NCBI GenBank assembly: GCA_963827275.1
Contig: CAWHAA010000007.1
Location: 32,001-96,000 of the forward strand
Reading direction: 5' to 3'
Length of the DNA stretch: 64,000 bases
DNA from: an uncultured Spirochaetota bacterium
GTDB lineage: Bacteria; Spirochaetota; UBA4802; UBA5550
Numbering within the stretch: position 1 is the first letter of the stretch; every line of letters starts with the position of its first letter. The notes under the pieces were generated by a model. It worked only from the letters and a program-made list of their open reading frames with translations, was not told where the DNA came from and searched no databases. This document shows, in pieces, positions 46,672 through 56,185 of the stretch. Made by a program: the position numbers and the translations under genes.

Positions 46672-48147
46672 TTACCGCGCCTTGATATACTCGATCTCGC
46701 CCCGGGAGTTCTCGTCGGTCGGGGAAAAGAGGCAGTAGAGGCCGCGCGCGGCGAAGTACCTGCCCTGTGTCGGCTCGATCTTGCTCGATACCGTGTCGCC
46801 GTCTATTACCAGCCTGGCGAAGCGGCCATCGTCGCTTTCCAGGGCGTACTCATGCCAGTCGGTGGTCCTCAGGGGGATGATCCTGCCGCACACCTCTACC
46901 TGCCCGGCCATGAGCTTCACGTAAAAGGCCGCGTCGCCCACGGGGACATAGGCGAACACAGTGACCGCGTCGCCGCCGGTGAAGCGGGCGCGCGACATGA
47001 TCGAAAATGCCCGCGACGCGTTAAAGCGGTTGAAGAGCCCGGCCGCCGAGCCTTTGCCGGAATTGACCTCCGCGATCTTGATGCCGTCCTTCACGGTGAA
47101 ATTGATGGAAGACGCTTCCGCCGTCGGGATATGCGTCCAGTTGACCGGCGTGTGCGAATCGCTCCAGTCGGAGAAGTGCTCTTCCATGGTCCACGTCACG
47201 TCTTTTTCCGTTTCCTTGTACTGCGAAAGGTCCACCGGCGCGAGGAACTTGCCGAATATCCAGCCCCGCGGTCCCTTGAGGCTGGCCACGCGGTACCAGT
47301 ACTCGCGCACATCGCCGACCTGGGTCGTGTCCATCGATTTTTCGAGCTGTATGAGTATTTCGTCCCTGTCGATTTTTCCCACCAGCTTGCCGCCGACGCC
47401 GGGATGGTTGCGGAGGTTGACCTTGTCGCCCGTGCAGATGAAGATCTTGTTGGTCTCGGGGCTCGTCGGGTACCGCTTCACGTAGGCGATGATCATGTTC
47501 CAGAGGACCTCCTCGTTGCCCGACGCGGTAAACGACCCTGACTGGAGGCCGTCGAGGATTATCTTTATCATGCTCGCAATGTAGTCGGTATTCGGGTATT
47601 TGTTGTAGAAATTTATCATCGCCGGCACCAGGCGGTCGGGGTCCGTCTTCCCGAGGTTGCGGGCCTCTTCGAACTGTATGTCCTCGATCAGGCCGCTCCC
47701 GCGGTAGCGCGACACGAACTCCTCGTAAAATTTCCCGCGCGGCACGATGCGGCTCCTTCTCATGGCCGGGACCAGGGCCAGGTCGCCGTCGATTTTTTTG
47801 TTGATGCCGGCCAGGTCTTCCTCGATTTCCCGTTTCGTTTCCTTGAAGTCCGCGGTCTGCTGCTTTTCCTGGGCCACCGCCGCCAGCTCGTCGCTGAATT
47901 TTTCTTCAAGCTGCGACGCCAGCCCGTTGATGGCGCGGCACCGGTAGTAGTATATCTTTTCGCCGCTTTCATAGTCTGCGGTCCTTGCCAGCCGGTTCAG
48001 CATCACTATGGCTTCCCTGTAGTCGCGGTCCTCGAATTCGTCGATGGCTTTTTCAAGGTCGTTTTTCGAGAAAATAACATAGGCGGCGATAGACAGGGCG
48101 ATGCCCAGCGTCATGACGACAATCGCGATAATGGCTCCCTTTCTCAT
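46672..48147 (-). CDS. Membrane-anchored protein with a bacterial SH3 domain
   Basis: N-terminal TM, helical TPR-like region, VNLR.HPG.....VG.I...WYRV.....RGWIFGKFL, beta-rich C-terminus. Confidence 0.75.
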   Translation of the reverse strand: MRKGAIIAIVVMTLGIALSIAAYVIFSKNDLEKAIDEFEDRDYREAIVMLNRLARTADYESGEKIYYYRCRAINGLASQLEEKFSDELAAVAQEKQQTADFKETKREIEEDLAGINKKIDGDLALVPAMRRSRIVPRGKFYEEFVSRYRGSGLIEDIQFEEARNLGKTDPDRLVPAMINFYNKYPNTDYIASMIKIILDGLQSGSFTASGNEEVLWNMIIAYVKRYPTSPETNKIFICTGDKVNLRNHPGVGGKLVGKIDRDEILIQLEKSMDTTQVGDVREYWYRVASLKGPRGWIFGKFLAPVDLSQYKETEKDVTWTMEEHFSDWSDSHTPVNWTHIPTAEASSINFTVKDGIKIAEVNSGKGSAAGLFNRFNASRAFSIMSRARFTGGDAVTVFAYVPVGDAAFYVKLMAGQVEVCGRIIPLRTTDWHEYALESDDGRFARLVIDGDTVSSKIEPTQGRYFAARGLYCLFSPTDENSRGEIEYIKAR

Positions 48148-48273
48148 TGCTTCCTTCCTGTGTCCTGCATGGTACTGGCGGCTGCCCCGGGCGGGGCGCT
48201 GCTATAGGCATAGGCGGCCATCGCGCGGAGAATTTCAAATAAAAAAATATCCCGCGGCGGGTTTTTAAAGGGG

Positions 48274-49509
48274 TTAGCGGAGTTTTTTATAGAGCATGAG
48301 CTCGATGAGTCGGTGCCCTTCCCCGACAAAGAGGCCGGTGGAAGCGGCGCTTTTTTCATTGAATGACGGGGCGTGACAGTCCTCGAGGCCCGTGCCCTTC
48401 CATCCGCCGGACGCGTACATGCAGAAGGGGACCGGGTCGGCGGAGTGGGTGCGTATGCTGATGGGCGTCGGGTGGTCGGGCATCACGAGCGCCGTGAAGT
48501 CGCGGTAGGCGGACAGCCCGTCGATGACAGGCCCCACGACCATGCGGTCGAAATCCTCGATGGCCCGGAGCTTGTGCTCCAGGTTCCCTTCGTGGCCGGA
48601 TTCGTCGGGCGACTCAACATGGAGAAAGATGAAATTCGCTTCCCTGATGGCGCCGAGGAGCGCCCCGGCCTTGCCGGCATAGTCGGTGTCGATGTAGCCG
48701 GTGGCGCCCGGCACGTTGATCGGCGTCAGGCCGGCGGCGCGCCCGAGTCCGTGGACAAGATCGACCGCCGATATGGTATGGCCGTGCAGGCCGAACCGTT
48801 TTTCAAGCGTTTCCATGGATGGCTTTTTTCCGCAGCCCCAGAGCCAGACGGAAGTGGGCGTACCCTTGTACCGGGACCCCGCTTCGCGCACGAGGGACGA
48901 GGAGACTATGATCGCCCCGGATTCCCGCATGATGCGGTTCAGGAGGTCGGCGCCGCTGCCGCGGGGAAGGTAGTCGGCCGCCGGCTTCCCCTGTATGTCA
49001 TGCGGGGGCGTTGTTTCCGGCAGGTCGTCGTGGGGGTAATCCCGCCACACCACGATATTGCGGTATGAAACGCCGGGATAGAATTCGAAGCCCGGGATGC
49101 CGGCTTCGCGCGCCAGCTCTTTCATGATCACCGCCGAGAATTCAGACGCGATATGGCCCGCGCTGAAGTCGTGCATGACGCCGTCCCGTATGTCCACCAT
49201 GTTGCACCGGACGGCGAGATCGCGCGGCCCGAGCTCGATGCCCATGTTGATCGCTTCCAGCGGCGCCCTGCCGGAGAAATATTCGCGCGGGTCATAGCCG
49301 AGGACGGAGAGGTTGGCGATGTCGCTGCCCGGCTGCATCCCATCGGGCACGGTGTGCGCCATGCCGAGGACCCCTTCGGAGGCGAGCCGGTCCATGTTGG
49401 GCGTGGCGGCATATTCAAGCGGCGTTTTCCCTCCCAGCGATTCGATGGGAAGATCGGCCATGCCGTCGCCCAGGAGGATCACATATTTTGCTTCGTTATT
49501 TTTTCCCAT
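48274..49509 (-). CDS. apgM: Cofactor-independent phosphoglycerate mutase (ApgM type)
   Basis: ILLGDGMAD, TPLE.A.TPNMD, PGSD.AN, SGRAPLEA, SYRN, PPHDI, ISAVDL, HVESPDESGH, PDHPTP...TH..DPVPF. Confidence 0.92.
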   Translation of the reverse strand: MGKNNEAKYVILLGDGMADLPIESLGGKTPLEYAATPNMDRLASEGVLGMAHTVPDGMQPGSDIANLSVLGYDPREYFSGRAPLEAINMGIELGPRDLAVRCNMVDIRDGVMHDFSAGHIASEFSAVIMKELAREAGIPGFEFYPGVSYRNIVVWRDYPHDDLPETTPPHDIQGKPAADYLPRGSGADLLNRIMRESGAIIVSSSLVREAGSRYKGTPTSVWLWGCGKKPSMETLEKRFGLHGHTISAVDLVHGLGRAAGLTPINVPGATGYIDTDYAGKAGALLGAIREANFIFLHVESPDESGHEGNLEHKLRAIEDFDRMVVGPVIDGLSAYRDFTALVMPDHPTPISIRTHSADPVPFCMYASGGWKGTGLEDCHAPSFNEKSAASTGLFVGEGHRLIELMLYKKLR

Positions 49510-49912
49510 TTATCCAGACGGAGCCGTCAGAATAGAATTCTTTTTTCCAGATGGGGACCTTTTCTTTTATCGTATCGATGATGTATTCGACCGCCCTGAG
49601 CGCTTCCTTGCGGTGGGGCGAGGATGCGGTGATGATGATGCTCGCTTCGCCGGGTTCCACGCGCCCGTACCGGTGCACGACGGCGCACGATGACAGCGAC
49701 CACCGCGCGGTTGCATCATCGACGATCGCCTGGAGCTGCTTGCGCGCCATCTCGCCGTAGGCCTCGTATTCAAGGTAGATGACCTGCTTCCCGCCGGCGT
49801 TGTCCCGGGCCTGCCCGATGAAGGTCACCACGGCGCCGTCCGAGGTGCCGCCGATGCCGGACATTGCCCGGGCGATATCTATCGGTTCCTGCTGCAGTGT
49901 TATCGTGATCAT
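49496..49912 (-). CDS. moaE: Molybdopterin synthase large subunit
   Basis: GAVVTF.G..R, LEYEAY..MA, HR.G, SPHR.EA, K..VPIWKKE. Confidence 0.93.
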   Translation of the reverse strand: MITITLQQEPIDIARAMSGIGGTSDGAVVTFIGQARDNAGGKQVIYLEYEAYGEMARKQLQAIVDDATARWSLSSCAVVHRYGRVEPGEASIIITASSPHRKEALRAVEYIIDTIKEKVPIWKKEFYSDGSVWINGKK

Positions 49913-49921
49913 GCCGAGCTT

Positions 49922-50167
49922 CTATCCTCCGCTCACCGGGGGGAATATTGCAAGGGTGTCCTCGTCGGAGAGGGCGGCGGTTTCATCGCAGTATTCCTCG
50001 TTGATAGCGAAGAGAAGCGATCCGCTAAAATCATTCAGCGGCGCGTGGATTTTTTTAAACTGCTCGATGACATTTTTTACGGTTATCCCCTCGGAAACCG
50101 TGAGCTCTTTTTCCTCGAACCCGATCGCCTCTTTGACGCTGGCGAAAGCCTTTATCCGAATTTTCAT
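49922..50167 (-). CDS. moaD: Molybdopterin synthase sulfur carrier
   Basis: FA..KE, AINEEY, C-terminal FPPVSGG; adjacent to moaE. Confidence 0.92.
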   Translation of the reverse strand: MKIRIKAFASVKEAIGFEEKELTVSEGITVKNVIEQFKKIHAPLNDFSGSLLFAINEEYCDETAALSDEDTLAIFPPVSGG

Positions 50168-50233
50168 AGATGTCCTGGTGACTGGGTATATCCGGGACCG
50201 CCCCCTGAAGGTCAACGGCCGGCCCCGCCGTGA

Positions 50234-50581
50234 TTATTTCTTGATGCGCTTGCTTCTCTTCAGGAGAAAGATATAGTGCTTTATGTAAGGCTGAAGGCTG
50301 TCGTTGAAATCGAGAATACTCACGCTCTTCGGTTCCTTGAGGATCAGGTGAAGGCTTTTTTTCGTGATGTCTTCTTCGCTGGTATCAATGATTATCTTGA
50401 ACCGCTTGATGACTTCCTTGTCAACGGCATCGTTTTGCAGCTTGTTCATCTCCGAATAAAGTTTCAGGAGGTTTACCTTTTTTGTCTTGATCTTGTTTAT
50501 CTTTACTTCGATCTTGCGGACTTCTTTTTTCTCTGGCGCCTTTTTCTTCGGTGCCGCGGCGCGTTTGGGCTTTGATGGCAT
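50234..50581 (-). CDS. Lysine-rich hypothetical protein
   Basis: 115-aa ORF with a Lys/Ala/Pro-rich N-terminal tail; co-directional with moaD. Confidence 0.65.
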   Translation of the reverse strand: MPSKPKRAAAPKKKAPEKKEVRKIEVKINKIKTKKVNLLKLYSEMNKLQNDAVDKEVIKRFKIIIDTSEEDITKKSLHLILKEPKSVSILDFNDSLQPYIKHYIFLLKRSKRIKK

Positions 50582-50796
50582 AGGATCCCCCGGTTAAGAA
50601 TTATATCGCCGATGTTAGAATATCGCATGGTACTGTAAACACAAATTTTGAAAAAAATGGCGAAAGGCGCCGAATGGCATAATTTATTTATTAATAATCC
50701 GTATATTCCGAATATAATAATGAAGCGGTCATGCTGTCCATGGTCCCGGGTTGACTGCGGATGTGCGGCCGGAATCCACTTTATGAGGAGCCAGAA

Positions 50797-50928
50797 ATGA
50801 AATGTTCACGATGCGGCAGGGAGATTAACAGCCTGAACCATTTTTACATCCCGCGCGGGAGCCGGGCCGCCGGCCTCAGGTATTGCATCCAGTGCGCCCG
50901 CGACGAGCATATCGTTACCCTCATTTGA
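50797..50928 (+). CDS. 43-aa CxxC...CxxC zinc-finger microprotein (below the ORF-track cutoff)
   Basis: RBS GAGGAG 6 nt upstream; MKCSRCGREINSLNHFYIPRGSRAAGLRYCIQCARDEHIVTLI*. Confidence 0.7.
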   Translation: MKCSRCGREINSLNHFYIPRGSRAAGLRYCIQCARDEHIVTLI

Positions 50929-51011
50929 TCCGCGATCCGCCCCTGCGCGCGGATACTGCTTGACATGCCCGCCGGAACTGAAGACGCTGTGAACGGAACG
51001 TCTTCAGGAGT

Positions 51012-51935
51012 ATGAACATCACCCGACCCGGAACATATTTTCCGAGCGCGCCGCTCCTGGCGGCGCTCCTCGTGTTCGCCGCCTGCCAGCAGGAGAAGCA
51101 TGCCGCGGTCCCCGCAGGCCCGCCGGCGCGCATAGTGTCCCTCTCGCCGTCAATCACCCGCGAGATCGTTGACCTGGGATCGGGCGGCCGACTGGTCGGC
51201 GTCACCTCCTACGATGATCTGCGCGAAAGCGGCGTTGCCGTGGTGGGGACGCTGGTGCAGCCGAACCTGGAGGCAATCGTCGTACTCCGGCCCGATATCG
51301 TTCTGTATTCCGCCGAGGACGGGCTGGTGCAGAACATCGACAGGATCTCGGCCGCGGGGATCGCCGTATACGGCTTCGGCAGGAACAGGAATTTTGAGGA
51401 TATCTGCGGCAATTACCATGCCCTGGCGGGAATGCTGGGCCGGACCGATGAAGCGGTCCGGAATGTCGGCCGGTACCGCGACATGCTCGGGCGCCTGAAA
51501 AAAACAGGCGGCACGGCCGGACGTCCCCTCGTGGTCTTTCTCGTGTCATGCCGTCCGCTCATCGCCGCGTCGGCGGACTCGTTTATCGGGCAGATGGTGC
51601 ATGATGCCGGCGGCAGGTGCGCGTACGATGGCGGGGGGAGGCCCCATCCCCCGGTCTCTCTCGAATCGCTCGTGGCGGCGGATCCCGATGTCATCATCGC
51701 GATGACCGGCGGTGACGACACCGCCGATTTTTTCAGACAGCTGTCGCGCGATTTCAGGGACCTGAAATCGGTTTCCCGCGGCAGGCTGCACGACATCCCC
51801 CCGGACACGGTACCGTATTACACGCCGGCCGACTACGTGCGGTCCGTCGGGAGGATCTCCCGCATACTTGGAGCTCCCGCGGAAGCTCCGCAGGCGCCTC
51901 CGGCGAGCGGGGCGGGCACCCAAAAAAAACCTTGA
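51012..51935 (+). CDS. btuF: Cobalamin/iron-chelate ABC substrate-binding lipoprotein (BtuF-like)
   Basis: RBS AGGAG; lipobox FAA-C; RIVSLSPS.T, LVGVT.Y, PNLEAI..LRPD, SLESLV.ADPDVII. Confidence 0.8.
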   Translation: MNITRPGTYFPSAPLLAALLVFAACQQEKHAAVPAGPPARIVSLSPSITREIVDLGSGGRLVGVTSYDDLRESGVAVVGTLVQPNLEAIVVLRPDIVLYSAEDGLVQNIDRISAAGIAVYGFGRNRNFEDICGNYHALAGMLGRTDEAVRNVGRYRDMLGRLKKTGGTAGRPLVVFLVSCRPLIAASADSFIGQMVHDAGGRCAYDGGGRPHPPVSLESLVAADPDVIIAMTGGDDTADFFRQLSRDFRDLKSVSRGRLHDIPPDTVPYYTPADYVRSVGRISRILGAPAEAPQAPPASGAGTQKKP

Positions 51936-52084
51936 AATATGGCGTCCCGGTTATGGAATTGGCCGGGACGCGCCGCCCGTGGGGGAGCGGCGTCCCGCCT
52001 GAGCAAACGAAAGGAGTTATGGGAATGCCGGCAGATTAGATCATACCGGACAATATCCACGTGCCCTTCGCGCCCGTTATTAAA

Positions 52085-52279
52085 GTAAAAGAAAAAATCA
52101 TTGATCTCAAGGCCGATATGGTTATACTCGCAACCGGGGCAAGGCCGGATGACGCGCTCTACTATGCGTGCCTTGAGGCGCGGGTGGCGCCCGAGGTGTA
52201 CAATATCGGTGATTCGGTTGAGCCGGCGAGGGTATTCGAGGCCACCAGGGCCGGGTATGAGCTGGGCAGGTCTCTCTGA
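52085..52279 (+). pseudogene. C-terminal fragment of an FAD-dependent oxidoreductase (2-enoate/NADH:flavin oxidoreductase-like)
   Basis: LKADMVILATGARP...VYNIGDSVEPARVFEATRAGYELG; no N-terminal domains or convincing start. Confidence 0.7.
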
Positions 52280-52320
52280 GCCTGACTGCGCCATGGCCCG
52301 GCTGCGCGGCGCGGGGACAT

Positions 52321-53295
52321 ATGAAAATACGCTATAAAATCCTGATCTTGATCGCCGTCGGCATTGTGCTGGTGCTGGCATCCCTTTCAATAGGGGGGAC
52401 CTTCATATCGCCCCGGGGGATCGTTGACTCCCTGTTGGGCGATCCGGCCGGCAGCAATTACATCATCCTGGTGAAGCTCCGCCTGCCGCGGGTGCTGCTC
52501 TCCCTGCTCATCGGCGCGTCCCTTGCGGTGAGCGGTACGGTGTTCCAGTCGGTGCTGAAGAACCCGCTTGCCGATCCCTATGTCATCGGCGTTTCCGGGG
52601 GCGCGGCCCTTGGCGCCACCGCGGGCATCGTGCTGAACGCGGGGCCCTTCATGGTGTCGGCCGCTGCGTTTTTCGGCAGCATCTGCGCCATCACCGGCGT
52701 GTACCTCCTCTCCGGGAAGATGCGCCTGGGGAGCCCGACCCTCATCCTCTCCGGCATCGCGCTCGGCTTCATCTTCTCCGCTGCCGTCCTGCTCATCTAC
52801 GCGCTCTCCCGCTCCGAGCAGATCCACCGCGCCATGCTCTGGCTCATGGGCGACCTCTCCGGCGCGCGGTACGACCAGCTCGGCGGCATGGGCGCGGTGT
52901 CGCTGCTCCTCATCCTCGCGGTCATCTATTTTCACCGGCACCTTGACGTGATATCAATGGGCGACAGGTTTTCGAAGAACCTCGGCGTATCGGGGCGGGA
53001 CATACGGGCCCTCTTCTGGATCGCGTCACTCCTTGCCGCGATATCGGTGTCCCTCGCAGGGGTGATCGGCTTCGTGGGACTTATCGTCCCCCACCTGATG
53101 CGGAGCATCTTCGGCCCCGCGCACCTGCGCCTGGTGCCTGCCGCTGCCGCCGGCGGGGCGCTCTTTCTCCTTGTCTCGGACGCCATCGGGCGGTCGCTCG
53201 TGCCGCCGTTCGAAATCCCCGTGGGCATCATTACCGGGTTCCTTGGCGGCGCGTTCTTCCTTGTTTTCATGCTGCGCAGGGAGGGGAGGGAATGA
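52321..53295 (+). CDS. btuC: FecCD/BtuC ABC permease
   Basis: LRLPR, GASLAVSG..FQ...KNPLADPY.IGVSGGA, W.MGDL, G.IGFVGLIVPH, EIPVG..T...GG.FF. Confidence 0.88.
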   Translation: MKIRYKILILIAVGIVLVLASLSIGGTFISPRGIVDSLLGDPAGSNYIILVKLRLPRVLLSLLIGASLAVSGTVFQSVLKNPLADPYVIGVSGGAALGATAGIVLNAGPFMVSAAAFFGSICAITGVYLLSGKMRLGSPTLILSGIALGFIFSAAVLLIYALSRSEQIHRAMLWLMGDLSGARYDQLGGMGAVSLLLILAVIYFHRHLDVISMGDRFSKNLGVSGRDIRALFWIASLLAAISVSLAGVIGFVGLIVPHLMRSIFGPAHLRLVPAAAAGGALFLLVSDAIGRSLVPPFEIPVGIITGFLGGAFFLVFMLRREGRE

Positions 53296-54077
53296 GCGTC
53301 TTTGAGCTGCGCTCGGTTACCGCCGGGTACGGCGCCGCGCCGGTGCTCCGGGGACTCGACCTTTCGGTCGGCGAGGGGGAGTTTATCTCCGTCATCGGGC
53401 CCAACGGGGCGGGGAAGAGCACCCTCCTCAGGGTCCTGTCCGGCGATATCATTCCGACGGGGGGCGAGGTGCTGTTCGACGGAACGCCCCTGCGTGAATT
53501 CCGCCGGCGCGACCTGGCGCGGCGGTTTTCGATCGTGCACCAGGCCATGGAGGTGTCGTCGCCCTTCACGGTGCGCGGATTTATCGCGCTGGGACGGTTC
53601 CCCCACCAGGGGGCGCTCACGGTTGAATCGGTCCTTGACCGCGAGCGGATCGATTGGGCGGCGGATACCGCGGGCGTGGGCAACCTGATGGAGCGTCACA
53701 TAACCGAGCTCTCGGGCGGCGAGCTCCAGCTCGTCAGGATCGCGCACGCCCTCGCGCAGAACAGCCGGGTGCTGGTGCTCGACGAGCCGGTGTCCCACCT
53801 GGACATCCAGCACACGGTGATGATCATGGACCTTCTCTGGAAGCTGCACCGAGAGGGGGCCACGGTGATGGCGGTCCTTCACGACATCAACATCGCGTCG
53901 GACTATTCAGACCGCATCATCGGGGTCAAGGACGGCTCGATGTTCTTCAACGGCCGCCCGGAGGATGTTTTAAAGTATGAAAGCGTCGAAGCGCTCTTCG
54001 GCACCAGCTGTATTGTCATGAAGAACCCGACGACGGGAAGGCCGTTCGTCTACCCGGTGCCGGGGTATGTGAAATAA
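53292..54077 (+). CDS. btuD: ABC ATPase (BtuD/FecE-like)
   Basis: GPNGAGKSTL, LSGGE, LDEP.SHLD, LHDIN.A. Confidence 0.88.
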   Translation: MSVFELRSVTAGYGAAPVLRGLDLSVGEGEFISVIGPNGAGKSTLLRVLSGDIIPTGGEVLFDGTPLREFRRRDLARRFSIVHQAMEVSSPFTVRGFIALGRFPHQGALTVESVLDRERIDWAADTAGVGNLMERHITELSGGELQLVRIAHALAQNSRVLVLDEPVSHLDIQHTVMIMDLLWKLHREGATVMAVLHDINIASDYSDRIIGVKDGSMFFNGRPEDVLKYESVEALFGTSCIVMKNPTTGRPFVYPVPGYVK

Positions 54078-54106
54078 AAAAAGCGGCGGACCGGTCCGCC
54101 GCTTTT
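54078..54106. terminator. Bidirectional intrinsic terminator
   Basis: AAAAAGCGGCGGACCGGTCCGCCGCTTTT between convergent btuD and flaA. Confidence 0.8.
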
Positions 54107-54130
54107 CAGCAGCTCCCCTGTTTCGTTATT

Positions 54131-54790
54131 CTACCACTCGTCGCTCTGCTTGTCGTCGTACCGTTCACGCACCACCGCGGTAATATCGTCAAGGTAGAGG
54201 TACGACCACGCTGAAGGCTTGCCGGTCGAGCTCGGCAGCCGGTACTGTATGTTCAGAAGCTTCATCGTTTTTTTCTGGTTCAGGAAATCGTCTTCCTGGG
54301 CTATTTTGTTGGTCAGTGTATAGGTGATTTTTTTCCATCCCGAGAAGTCGATCGTGGGAACGACCACGATCCGGTGGTTCTCTTTTTTCGTGTCCTGGAT
54401 CATGAATGAAATCTCCCCGAGGCTTCTCTTCCCGTACACCCAGAACGATATCGATTTGCAGTATTTATCGATCAGTATCTCTCTGGCGGGCTTGATGATG
54501 AACATATCGCCGCCCCGCGATTTGACCTTTATCCCCAGGTATTTCTTTGAGGTGCCGACCGCGGGCAGCTGGTCGCGGATGGTCAGCTTTGCCTCCTGGT
54601 CGCCGGTCTTGTTGAAGGTGATGTTTCTGTCCGCGTACGGGGCCGTTTCGAAGTCTTCCAGCATGATCTCCTGCCATACGGTGATTTTCTGTTTTTGCTT
54701 ATCCGCGGCATTTTCCTTTTCTTTGTCCTGCGAATACAGGGGTGCGATCAGCGCCGCTGCTATCAGGGCCAGCATGCATTTCTTTATCAT
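54131..54790 (-). CDS. flaA: Flagellar filament outer-layer (sheath) protein FlaA
   Basis: Signal peptide; LEDFE, KYLGIK, KSISFWVYG, DFSGWKK, I.QED, Y.YLDD.T, C-terminal DEW; RBS GGAGG. Confidence 0.8.
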   Translation of the reverse strand: MIKKCMLALIAAALIAPLYSQDKEKENAADKQKQKITVWQEIMLEDFETAPYADRNITFNKTGDQEAKLTIRDQLPAVGTSKKYLGIKVKSRGGDMFIIKPAREILIDKYCKSISFWVYGKRSLGEISFMIQDTKKENHRIVVVPTIDFSGWKKITYTLTNKIAQEDDFLNQKKTMKLLNIQYRLPSSTGKPSAWSYLYLDDITAVVRERYDDKQSDEW

Positions 54791-54837
54791 TATCGGGGCC
54801 TCCATTGGCGTTATGGACTTCTTGTTGTTGACGTGGT

Positions 54838-54866
54838 AGAATAGCAGGCGTTGTGGCGAGTGTCAA
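54838..54866 (-). promoter_or_regulatory. Sigma70 promoter of flaA
   Basis: Minus strand TTGACA, 17 bp, TATTCT with an extended -10 TG. Confidence 0.7.
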
Positions 54867-55004
54867 TAAATTCTTTGCCGTGAAGCTAAAAAAGCGGCAT
54901 GCAGACATTAAATTGCTTGTAAATTAATAATCATGGTTATACAACAGGAGCATCGTTGATCATGTTCCGGATCGGAATCATAATACTCTGTTGCGGGCAG
55001 GTCC

Positions 55005-55385
55005 ATGGAATTAAGAAAAACAATACGGGTGAAATTGCCGGGGCATGAAGACCGAGGCCCCGGCATGTCAGAGATGTCATGCACGTTTGATTTTGACCCG
55101 AACCTGGGCGGGAGGCTTACCGACATCGGTCCCGGCGGCTTCGGGATCGAGATCCATGGCCTTAACGGGTCCCAGGCGGAAACGGTGAAGAACCTGGATT
55201 CCTTCATGATTACCATTAATTTTGATGGAGAATCGATGATGGCCGGGGTCAGGAACGCGTGGCACCGTGTCGTCTTTGAGGAGGGAGGCATGTTCCTCAA
55301 GTGCGGGGTGTCGATTGACGTCATCTCTCCTGACGACAGGCTCAGGCTCACGGGGATAATCGAAAAAATAAGGAACGGGCGGTAA
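55005..55385 (+). CDS. PilZ-like domain protein
   Basis: RxxxR (RKTIR), D-I-G-x-x-G (variant of DxSxxG), VRNAW, CGV.I; typical PilZ length. Confidence 0.6.
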   Translation: MELRKTIRVKLPGHEDRGPGMSEMSCTFDFDPNLGGRLTDIGPGGFGIEIHGLNGSQAETVKNLDSFMITINFDGESMMAGVRNAWHRVVFEEGGMFLKCGVSIDVISPDDRLRLTGIIEKIRNGR

Positions 55386-55421
55386 CTCCATTCACGTCAA
55401 GCGCGCTGCCCTCACCGCGTT

Positions 55422-56009
55422 TCAGTCATGCTTGTATAGCTGAAGGATGAATTCGATAAGCTTCGGGGTTTCCACGTTGATCGGGTCAATGTACTCGAGT
55501 ATCCCGGCGAAGAGAAGAATGACCTGCGTGACCCTGCCGATGAACTGGGCCTCTGAATCGACTATTTCACTGCCGCTTTTCAGCTCCTTGATGGTGCCCG
55601 CGTACAGGTTCAGATGGTTTCGTATGAATTTCTTGATGATTTCACGGATCTTTTCGTCCTCAAAGCCGTAGAGTATGATGTTGATCAGGATGCGCATGTT
55701 CTTTTTATCGAGGAGGAACTTTTCTATCCCGAACAGGGTCGCGATCAGGGCGCGGTCGTTTTTATCGAGATCGAGACCCTGCACCACGCCGATCTGGTCA
55801 CGCTGTATCTGGTTGAAGAAATTCTCTATCAGGGCAACGTACAGCTCTTCCCTGGTGGGGAAGTAATGCCGCAGGCCCCCCTTGGAGAAACCGGCCTCCC
55901 TGGCAACGTCTTCAAGCGATACCTGCGAATACACGTCCTGTTCGAGACAACGTTTGAGCGCGTCCAGGATATGCTTCTTTTTCTTGATGACTTTCAGTTC
56001 TTTTTTCAT
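55422..56009 (-). CDS. TetR/AcrR family regulator
   Basis: ILDA...VSLEDVAREAGFSKGGLRHYFPTREEL. Confidence 0.88.
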   Translation of the reverse strand: MKKELKVIKKKKHILDALKRCLEQDVYSQVSLEDVAREAGFSKGGLRHYFPTREELYVALIENFFNQIQRDQIGVVQGLDLDKNDRALIATLFGIEKFLLDKKNMRILINIILYGFEDEKIREIIKKFIRNHLNLYAGTIKELKSGSEIVDSEAQFIGRVTQVILLFAGILEYIDPINVETPKLIEFILQLYKHD

Positions 56010-56185
56010 CGTTATCCTGTTATACTGTAAATGGATAAAATAGCCCGATCGGATGGAAATTATAAAATATTATTACATTTTTGTAAATAAATATTTTAAT
56101 TATCTTTTTTAAATATCACCATTTAATTATTTTATTGACATAATTCTGCGCAAAAAATGTATTTCGTAGATTGGTTTGAGAAGAA

